In this document: piece by piece, positions 1 through 7,014 of the stretch
Layout: the number at the start of each line of letters is the position of its first letter
Numbering within the stretch: position 1 is the stretch's first letter
NCBI GenBank assembly: GCA_046757165.1
Contig: JBHHXT010000149.1
Coordinates: 1-12,063 of the forward strand
Length of the DNA: 12,063 nucleotides
Direction of reading: 5' to 3'
Source: a bacterium
GTDB lineage: Bacteria; Zhuqueibacterota; Zhuqueibacteria; Oceanimicrobiales; Oceanimicrobiaceae
Notes under the pieces: generated by a model
Told to the model about the DNA's origin: nothing
The model's input: the letters and a program-made list of their open reading frames with translations, nothing else
The model's database searches: none
Made by a program: the position numbers and the translations under genes

Positions 1-1
1 T

Positions 2-892
2 ATGTTAATCAATTTAAGTGCGTTGAATGGCAGCGCAGGTTATGCTTTCGATAGCCTACCCTATCCCGCGGAAATCTATGGCGATTTTCAGCTATCTCCG
101 GACGGCCAGCGCTTAGCTGTGACCATTCTTCAAGGCGATAAGCGGAATATCTGGCTCTACAATCTCACACGGCAATCGCGTTTCAAGCTGACGCTGAAAG
201 GCGGCAATTTTCGCCCGGCCTGGGCGCCAGACGGAAAAGCCATCGCGTTCTACTCTAACCGGACCGGACAGCCGGCTATTTTCGTGAAATCAACTGACCG
301 TAAGGGAGATGCAAAACTTGTTAGGGAGAACGAAAGCGGTGAGTTCTATTTTCCGAATTCCTGGTCGCCCGACGGCAAGGTGTTAACTATGGACGGTGGT
401 GGCGGGAATATTTGGTCGCTGCAGATGGATGGTACAGGAGCCCTGCAACGGCTCATGGAAAGTCCTTTTCAAGAATGGGCAGCAGCGTTCTCACCCGACG
501 GTCATTGGCTCGCCTATACGTCCGATGAGCAGGGACAGTTTGATGTTTACGTTCAACCCTACCCCCCGACCGGAGAAAGCGTGCAAGTTTCGACGGAAGG
601 TGGCGAAGTGCCGGTTTGGTCGCAGAACTCTAACGAATTGTTCTATCGAAATGGCCGCAAGTGGATGGCGGCCTCGTTCACAACCTCGCCAACCCTGTCA
701 TTCGAAGTACCGCACCTACTGTTTGAAGGCAATTACCTGAACATAAATGGTGTGGATTATGATGTGTCGTCTGACGCCCAGCGTTTTCTGCTCCTGAAGC
801 CAATTGCAAAATCATCTTCGCGTACCCACCTTAATGTTGTGACAAACTGGTTTGAGGAATTGAAACGGAAGGTTTCCGGGGGCAAACCATGA
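2..892 (+). CDS. TolB-like (PD40/WD40-like repeat) beta-propeller, 5'-truncated; probably the C-terminal part of a Ser/Thr kinase-TolB propeller type protein
   Basis: Repeated SPDG-type blades: FQLSPDGQRLAV, PAWAPDGKAIAFYSNR, NSWSPDGKVL, AAFSPDGHWLAYTSDEQGQFDVYVQPYP, PVWSQNSNELFY, YDVSSDAQRFL. The C-terminal LNVVTNWFEELKR is typical of kinase-propeller proteins. The frame is open from the window edge and stops at TGA 890-892. The kinase domain itself is not in the window, so that part is inference. Confidence 0.8.
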   Translation: MLINLSALNGSAGYAFDSLPYPAEIYGDFQLSPDGQRLAVTILQGDKRNIWLYNLTRQSRFKLTLKGGNFRPAWAPDGKAIAFYSNRTGQPAIFVKSTDRKGDAKLVRENESGEFYFPNSWSPDGKVLTMDGGGGNIWSLQMDGTGALQRLMESPFQEWAAAFSPDGHWLAYTSDEQGQFDVYVQPYPPTGESVQVSTEGGEVPVWSQNSNELFYRNGRKWMAASFTTSPTLSFEVPHLLFEGNYLNINGVDYDVSSDAQRFLLLKPIAKSSSRTHLNVVTNWFEELKRKVSGGKP

Positions 893-1037
893 CTGGAAAG
901 ACGAACTCACACTATCTTTTTGCCAAAACATATCGCTTCGATAAATATCCCTATATTCAGGAACACCTTTTGAATGACATTCCGTCATAATACTTGCTGA
1001 ATTGCAACTCAATTGTCCACACACAAAACTTATTGCC

Positions 1038-4000
1038 ATGAAAAAGCTGGCCATCTTCACCTTGTTTTCCATTCTGAACGTTTGCGGCACAGGCGTAGCC
1101 GGTAATCTGCAAGACAAGATTTCTTTCCGGCACCTCACCATCGACGACGGCCTGTCGCAAAGCGCGGTCTACGCCCTGTTGCAGGACCGGCAGGGGTTTG
1201 TCTGGATCGGGACCAAGGATGGCCTGAACCGGTATGACGGCTACGACTTTACCATCTACAAAAACGTCCCATCTGACAGCAACAGCCTCTCCAACAATTA
1301 TATCACCGCGCTGTTCGAGGACAGCCGCGGCTATCTCTGGGCCGGCACCCTGGAGGGCGGACTGAACCGCCTCGACCCCACCAGTGGGCATTTCCAGCGC
1401 TATTCAACGTCAGTTTCTGATCCCGGCAGTCTCAGCAGCAACCGCATCACAGCACTTTCCGAGGACAGCAGCGGCGCCTTGTGGATTGGCACCAGCAACG
1501 GGCTCAACCGGTTGACAGCCGATGAAATAGAGCGTCCGGACCCGACGTTTGACAAATTCTTCCACCATCCGGAAAATCCCCGCACGCTCAGCCACAATGT
1601 CATTGCAGCCTTGCTCGTCGATCAGCAGGACAACTTGTGGGTCGGGACGACAAATGGACTGAATCGTTTGACCCGGCATGATACCCTCCAATCTGGTGTA
1701 TTTGTCCACTATTTTTCAGAGGAGGGTGGTGATGAAGGGTTGATGGATTCGCGCATCTATTCTCTGTATCAGGGCCAGGACGGCAGCATTTGGGCAGGTA
1801 CCGCATCCGGTTTGAACCGGGTGCAGCCTGAGACCGGAGCCATCCAACCCTTCCCGCATCATTTTCGTACGTACCGCCGTGGCTGGGGCAACGTTGTGGA
1901 CATCGCCGAGGACGAAAACGGCCACTTGTGGCTCGCCACCCCCGATGAGCTGATGATTTTTGATCCATTGCGACAACACTACCAGTCCGTTCGCAGCCAA
2001 AAGATGAACCCTCGTGCGCTGAACAGCAATCACCTCACCCGTCTTTTTCGAGACCGCTCCGGGGTGTTCTGGATTGGCACCAATGGCTACGGTTTGAACC
2101 TGTACGATCCCAGGGCCGATCGCTTTCTTACCTATCGCCGGCCGCTGGATTTCCCCTCACGCATCAACCGTTTCAGCATTTCTGCATTGCTGGAGGATCG
2201 GCAAGGGAACCTTTGGATCAGCGCCGACGTCCTGTACCGCTGGAATCGCAGCACCGGAGAACTGACCAGTTTTGAAACCGATTCCGAACATCCGGAAGAT
2301 TTTGGCAACACCGGTTCCTGGTCCATGCTGCAGGATCGCCGTGGCTTTATCTGGCTTGCCGGGTTCGAGGGGCTTTACCGCTACAATCCGGAAACCCGCA
2401 ACTACCGCCATTTTACTCACGGCAGGGGTTTGCAGGAAAAGGTGGCTTTTCAGGTTTACCTGGACAGGGATGAGCGCATCTGGGTTGCCACAGAGAACTA
2501 TCTTAGCTGTTATGATTCCGAAGCGGATCGATTTAGCCATTACCGTTACCGTCAAAACCCGGCCACACGTTTCGTGTCCCTGACCGCAGTCTATCAGGAT
2601 GGCAGCGGCATTTTTTGGCTGGCCACAGACGATGGCCTGGCGAGTTTTGATCCCCAAACCGAAACCTTTCGCTATCGCAGAAATGATCCGCGCGATGCCA
2701 ACACGCTCTCGAACAACGTGGTGCTGTCCATCACCCCCGCTCCCACCCGCTCCGGTATTTTGTGGTTGGGAACCGCCGGCGGCGGACTGAACCGTTTCAA
2801 CCGTGAAACGGAAACCTTTCGCGCCATCACCGCAGCCGATGGCCTGCCCAATGATGTGGTCTATGCCGCACTGCCCGATAAGGCCGGCAATCTCTGGTTG
2901 AGCACCAACAAGGGCTTGTCGTGCTTTACCCCGGCCACCACGGCGTTCCGCAACTTTGATGTCAGCGATGGATTGCAAAGCAATGAGTTCAACACCGGCG
3001 CTTATTTCCTGAGTCCGTCAGGTGAGATGTTTTTTGGCGGCATCAAGGGACTCAATCATTTTTATCCCGAAAACATTGTCGACAATCCCCACATTCCAAA
3101 TGTCGTATTCACGGGGTTGCGTCTCTTCAACCAGGTGATTTCGCCGCAAACCCATCCGCAAATCCTGGACACGCTGATCACGTATGAAAAGCAAGTGAAT
3201 CTTTCCCACCGGGATAATGTGATCGCCTTTGAATTCTCCGCGTTGGATTTCTCGGCGCCATCACGAAACCAATTCGCATATCGCATGGTGGGATTTGATG
3301 AGCGCTGGATTCCGTCGGGCACAGGCCGTCTGGCGACCTACACCCACTTGCCGGCCGGTGACTATCTCTTTCAGGTAAAGGGGAGCAATAATGACGGGGT
3401 TTGGAATGAACAGGGCGCTACGCTCGCCATCCATATCAGTGCACCGCCCTGGAAAACCTGGTGGGCATATTCCCTTTACCTCCTGGCGGTCGTCACCCTG
3501 CTCTACGGCCTCCGCCGCTATGAGATGAACCGCCTGCAGTTGAAAAACCGCCTGCAGATGGAACGGGTGGACGGGGAGAAACTGCGCGAGCTGGATCAGC
3601 TCAAGACCCGTTTTTTTGCCAACATTTCCCATGAGTTCCGTACCCCGCTGACGTTGATCGTCGGGCCGTTGCAGCAGTTGATGGACAAAGTGCCGGATGA
3701 GGAGTCGCAGCGCATGCTCGGCATGATGCAGCGCAATACCCGGCGTTTGTTGCAGCTCATCAACCAGTTGCTCGATCTCTCGAAACTCGACGCCGGAAAA
3801 ATGGAATTGTACCTGCGCCAGGGCGATCTCGTCTCTTTCCTGCGCGGGGCTCTGAGATCCTACGACGCGCTTGCGGAGACAAAGAAGATCGACGTTCGCT
3901 TCAGCACAGAACGCGAGTCTTTCATCATGCTGTTCGACCACGACAAAATGGAAAATATTTTCCACAACCTGCTCGCCAACGCCTTCAAGTTCACACCCGA

Positions 4001-5138
4001 CGGCGGCGAGGTCAGCCTCTCCCTCGGTTTTTCCCAAAGCGCTGGCAAGCCTGCCTCCGTCGTGGTCACGGTCGCCGACAACGGCACCGGCATCCCGGCT
4101 CAACGGATGGCTCGAATATTCGACCGGTTTTTTCAGGCGGATGAGAACGGCGGCGAAAAGGGCGGCAGCGGTATCGGACTGGCGCTGGTGAAAGAGCTGG
4201 TGGCGCTGCAGCGCGGCGAAATCTCGGTGCAGAGCCAGGTCGGCGAGGGCACGACATTTACCGTGACCCTGCCGGTGGAAAATGCAGAGATTGTCATGTC
4301 GGAGGCCCGTGCGAAGGAAGCACCCGCCAAATCAGACCGGAAAACGCCGGCGCAACTCTCTGCCGGCAGGGAAAATGGCGAGGAGAACCGGGGCATCGTG
4401 CTGGTGATCGAAGACAACCGCGATATGCGCGCCTTCATCCGAACCGTCCTGCGCGTCGACTACGAGGTGCTCGAGGCGCCGGACGGCAGGGCAGGTATCG
4501 AACAGGCGGCGCAAGCGACCCCGGATCTCATCATCAGCGACCTGATGATGCCGAAGATGGACGGCTATGAATTGTGCCGGGAGCTCAAAAATGACCAGAA
4601 AACCAGCCACATTCCCATCATCCTCCTCACGGCCCGCGCTGCCGCGGAGGACAAGATCACTGGCTTGCAAGCCGGCGTGGATGACTATCTCATCAAACCG
4701 TTCCAGCCAGAGGAGCTGCTGGCGCGGGTGCACAACCTCATCGCAGTGCGCAAAAATCTAATCGCCACCTTGGGCAAAAAAGCGCTGCTGTCTCCCTCGG
4801 AATTGGCGGTAACCCCGGTGGACCAGGCTTTTCTCGAAAAGGTGCGCGAGGTCATCGAACGCGAGATGGGCGATGAAACCTTCGGCGTGGAAACCCTGTG
4901 CGCGGAAATCGCCCTGAGCGAGCGCCAGTTTCGCCGCAAGCTCAAAGCCCTCACCGGGCAGACGCCCAACCAGGTCATCCGCACCATGCGCCTGCAGCGC
5001 GCCCGGCAGATGCTGGAACAGAACGCCGCCACCATTGCCGAGATTGCCTTCCTGGTGGGTTTCGGCAGCCCGGCGTATTTTACCAAAATGTTTCGGGAGG
5101 AGTTCGGGAGGTTGCCATCGGAGGTGGGGGATGGGTAA
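1038..5138 (+). CDS. Hybrid two-component system sensor histidine kinase/response regulator, AraC family (HTCS)
   Basis: The likely start is ATG 1038 (MKKLAIFTLFSIL, signal-peptide-like), although the ORF track begins at TTG 1002. Many Reg_prop repeats (GLSQSAVYALLQDRQGFVWIGTKDGLNRYDG; SLSNNYITALFEDSRGYLWAGT). Y_Y_Y domain (FAYRMVGFDERW...YTHLPAGDYLFQVKGSN). TM helix WWAYSLYLLAVVTLLYGL. H-box FFANISHEFRTPLTLI (His codon 3630). N/G1/F/G2 boxes NLLANAFKF, DNGTGI, IFDRFFQ, GSGIGLAL. Receiver VLVIEDN...LIISDLMMPKMDG...LLTA...KPF. AraC HTH SERQFRRKLKALTG...IAEIAFLVGFGSPAYFTKMFREEFG. Confidence 0.96.
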   Translation: MKKLAIFTLFSILNVCGTGVAGNLQDKISFRHLTIDDGLSQSAVYALLQDRQGFVWIGTKDGLNRYDGYDFTIYKNVPSDSNSLSNNYITALFEDSRGYLWAGTLEGGLNRLDPTSGHFQRYSTSVSDPGSLSSNRITALSEDSSGALWIGTSNGLNRLTADEIERPDPTFDKFFHHPENPRTLSHNVIAALLVDQQDNLWVGTTNGLNRLTRHDTLQSGVFVHYFSEEGGDEGLMDSRIYSLYQGQDGSIWAGTASGLNRVQPETGAIQPFPHHFRTYRRGWGNVVDIAEDENGHLWLATPDELMIFDPLRQHYQSVRSQKMNPRALNSNHLTRLFRDRSGVFWIGTNGYGLNLYDPRADRFLTYRRPLDFPSRINRFSISALLEDRQGNLWISADVLYRWNRSTGELTSFETDSEHPEDFGNTGSWSMLQDRRGFIWLAGFEGLYRYNPETRNYRHFTHGRGLQEKVAFQVYLDRDERIWVATENYLSCYDSEADRFSHYRYRQNPATRFVSLTAVYQDGSGIFWLATDDGLASFDPQTETFRYRRNDPRDANTLSNNVVLSITPAPTRSGILWLGTAGGGLNRFNRETETFRAITAADGLPNDVVYAALPDKAGNLWLSTNKGLSCFTPATTAFRNFDVSDGLQSNEFNTGAYFLSPSGEMFFGGIKGLNHFYPENIVDNPHIPNVVFTGLRLFNQVISPQTHPQILDTLITYEKQVNLSHRDNVIAFEFSALDFSAPSRNQFAYRMVGFDERWIPSGTGRLATYTHLPAGDYLFQVKGSNNDGVWNEQGATLAIHISAPPWKTWWAYSLYLLAVVTLLYGLRRYEMNRLQLKNRLQMERVDGEKLRELDQLKTRFFANISHEFRTPLTLIVGPLQQLMDKVPDEESQRMLGMMQRNTRRLLQLINQLLDLSKLDAGKMELYLRQGDLVSFLRGALRSYDALAETKKIDVRFSTERESFIMLFDHDKMENIFHNLLANAFKFTPDGGEVSLSLGFSQSAGKPASVVVTVADNGTGIPAQRMARIFDRFFQADENGGEKGGSGIGLALVKELVALQRGEISVQSQVGEGTTFTVTLPVENAEIVMSEARAKEAPAKSDRKTPAQLSAGRENGEENRGIVLVIEDNRDMRAFIRTVLRVDYEVLEAPDGRAGIEQAAQATPDLIISDLMMPKMDGYELCRELKNDQKTSHIPIILLTARAAAEDKITGLQAGVDDYLIKPFQPEELLARVHNLIAVRKNLIATLGKKALLSPSELAVTPVDQAFLEKVREVIEREMGDETFGVETLCAEIALSERQFRRKLKALTGQTPNQVIRTMRLQRARQMLEQNAATIAEIAFLVGFGSPAYFTKMFREEFGRLPSEVGDG

Positions 5139-5160
5139 ATAATCGTTCATAAATAGCGAG

Positions 5161-5248
5161 CGTAAAAGTTCGTAGGGCATTCGTCTTTAGTTTTTTTTAC
5201 GTCCTTAGTTTTGGCTTGATTTTTCTCAGCTAAATTTGTACTTATGCT
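5161..5248 (+). promoter_or_regulatory. AT-rich putative promoter/operator region of the downstream operon, with an imperfect 13-bp direct repeat
   Basis: CGTCTTTAGTTTT (5182-5194) and CGTCCTTAGTTTT (5200-5212) match at 12/13 with an 18-bp period. A -35-like TTGATT lies at 5216-5221 and a -10-like TATGCT at 5243-5248, but the 21-bp spacing is non-canonical, so the promoter assignment is weak. Confidence 0.3.
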
Positions 5249-5292
5249 TTGATACCTCCAAGAAAATTCCGTCATTAGAATTGATGATCAGA

Positions 5293-7014
5293 ATGGACTA
5301 CCGCTCGAAACTTTCGACAACCCCTCGAAGGGCCGAGTTGATGTCCCGGGTACGGCAAACTGCAACGCCTCCAGAATTGAAGGTAAGGAAGGTTTTACAC
5401 GAACACGGGTATCGATTTCGAGTAAAAGCAAAGGGCTTGCCGGGCACGCCTGACATCGTCAATCGCTCTGCAAAATGGGTCGTTTTTATTCATGGCTGTT
5501 TTTGGCATGCACATGAAGGGTGTTATCGGTGGAAAATCCCGAAGAACAATCGAGAATTCTGGGTAGAAAAATTCAACGCGAATCGGGAAAGGGATAAAAG
5601 GAAAACAAGAGAACTCGAACAATTGGGCTTCTCGGTACTGGTTGTATGGCAATGTGAACTCGAACGCGAAAGACAAGTCGAGAAAAAACTGTTGCGCTTC
5701 ATGAAGAAAGTCGAGTCGAAAAACGAAGGCTGGATCAACGGCAAGGTTTCTGCAAACGATATTGAATTCGCTTTGCCTCCGGGCCCCAGAGAATCATACC
5801 ACTTTTCATCATCGGGAAAGCATGTATCACGTGTGGTGGAGTTTCCGGGTGGACCCAAGACGGTTTCGAAGTTGTCGAACGACTGCCATCGCACTTCTTA
5901 CGATGATCCCGGATCTGATTTCGATTGGCTGTACTTGAGGTTGAAACACCGGTCCCCGGGCGAGAATTCAACGGAACCTATTCGATGCGTCGATCTCTTC
6001 TCGGGTTGTGGCGGACTTTCGTTAGGGGCGAAAGAAGCGTGCATGGCCGCTGATTTGGACTTTCAGCCGATCCTCGCACTGGACAACGACGCGGCAGCCC
6101 TGGCCGTTTATGTCAGAAATTTTTCTCCAATCCGCGCCCACAATTGTGACATCGAACATATCGTGAATGGCAAAAATGGAGGACGTATTACCGCTGCAGA
6201 GCGCGAGCTCCTAAATGAAATAAAAACCGTCGATTTATTGCTCGCGGGTCCCCCCTGTCAAGGACACTCCGATCTGAACAATCATACTCGGCGGAAAGAC
6301 AAACGAAATACGTTGTACGAAAGAGTCGGACGGTTTGCCGAGATCATGGAACCCGAGAGTATTTTAATCGAGAACGTCCCGACCATCATCCACTCCCATG
6401 ACCGTGTGCTTTTCGAAACCATAGAACTTCTGCAAAGACGTGGCTACCAGGTGGACAGCGGTATTGTCGATCTATCGGAGGTCGGCGTGCCCCAGAAACG
6501 CAAGCGTCATGTCCTGGTGGCCTCTTTGGACAATTATGTAAAGATTGAAGAAGTCGTCGAGAAATATCGCGTGTCCCTAAGAACGGTTCGGTGGGCTATT
6601 GAGGATTTGGAGCAGGAAAAATCGAATGGTATTTTTGCGGCACCTTCCTGCCACACGACGGAAAATCTGAAACGCATCGATTATCTATTCGAAAACGAGC
6701 TTTATGATTTGCCCGACGCTATGCGCCCAGCCTGCCATCGCAATGGGCATTCCTACAAATCCATGTACGGCCGGATTCACTACGATGAGCCTGCACAGAC
6801 GATTACAAGCGGCTATGGTTGCCCGGGCCAAGGGCGATTCATCCATCCAACCCAGAGACGTGCGCTCACGCCCCACGAAGCTGCGCGTTTGCAATTCTTT
6901 CCCGATTTTTTCGATTTTTCAAATGTTGAAAGGCGAACAGCTCTGGCCAACATGATCGGAAATGCCGTGCCCATGAAGCTTTCTTATGTTTTCACTTTGG
7001 AGCTATTAGGATGA
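5293..7014 (+). CDS. vsr-dcm: Very-short-patch-repair endonuclease (Vsr) fused to a DNA (cytosine-5)-methyltransferase
   Basis: N-terminal Vsr (about 5293-5710): MSRVRQTATPPELKVRKVL, LPGTPDIV, FIHGCFWHAH, FWVEKFNANRERD, LGFSVLVVWQCEL. C-terminal C5-MTase (about 5980-7014): motif I VDLFSGCGGLSLG, motif IV GPPCQGHS (catalytic Cys codon 6256), motif VI IENV (6370), motif VIII GVPQKRKR, motif IX RALTPHEAARLQFFPD, motif X IGNAVP. There is no stop between the two domains. The start was placed at ATG 5293 (MD..., typical of Vsr); ATG 5284 and TTG 5236 are alternatives. Confidence 0.93.
   Translation: MDYRSKLSTTPRRAELMSRVRQTATPPELKVRKVLHEHGYRFRVKAKGLPGTPDIVNRSAKWVVFIHGCFWHAHEGCYRWKIPKNNREFWVEKFNANRERDKRKTRELEQLGFSVLVVWQCELERERQVEKKLLRFMKKVESKNEGWINGKVSANDIEFALPPGPRESYHFSSSGKHVSRVVEFPGGPKTVSKLSNDCHRTSYDDPGSDFDWLYLRLKHRSPGENSTEPIRCVDLFSGCGGLSLGAKEACMAADLDFQPILALDNDAAALAVYVRNFSPIRAHNCDIEHIVNGKNGGRITAAERELLNEIKTVDLLLAGPPCQGHSDLNNHTRRKDKRNTLYERVGRFAEIMEPESILIENVPTIIHSHDRVLFETIELLQRRGYQVDSGIVDLSEVGVPQKRKRHVLVASLDNYVKIEEVVEKYRVSLRTVRWAIEDLEQEKSNGIFAAPSCHTTENLKRIDYLFENELYDLPDAMRPACHRNGHSYKSMYGRIHYDEPAQTITSGYGCPGQGRFIHPTQRRALTPHEAARLQFFPDFFDFSNVERRTALANMIGNAVPMKLSYVFTLELLG

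Noticed and set aside
918..1014. Four short inverted repeats in the propeller-HTCS intergenic region: TTTTG-C-CAAAA (918-928), TATCG-N3-CGATA (931-943), ATGAC-N5-GTCAT (974-988), AATTG-N5-CAATT (1000-1014)
   Set aside because: The arms are only 5 bp in AT-rich DNA, share no consensus and have no GC-rich stem with a U-tract. They are not supportable as a terminator or operator.
1130..3070. Recurring DNA-level similarity (CTCTGG/CTGAACCG-like words) that could suggest a repeat array
   Set aside because: Explained by the protein-level Reg_prop beta-propeller repeats of the HTCS. There is no fixed-length repeat-spacer structure, so it is not CRISPR.
2157..5180. Long antisense ORFs (2157-2978, 3261-4103, 4332-4733, 4758-5180 and others)
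   Set aside because: These are shadow ORFs opposite a GC-rich, clearly recognisable HTCS, with no motifs of their own.
5236..5292. ORF-track start at TTG 5236 for the Vsr-MTase gene
   Set aside because: It overlaps the likely promoter region and adds residues ahead of the typical Vsr MD start. ATG 5293 (or 5284) is more plausible.
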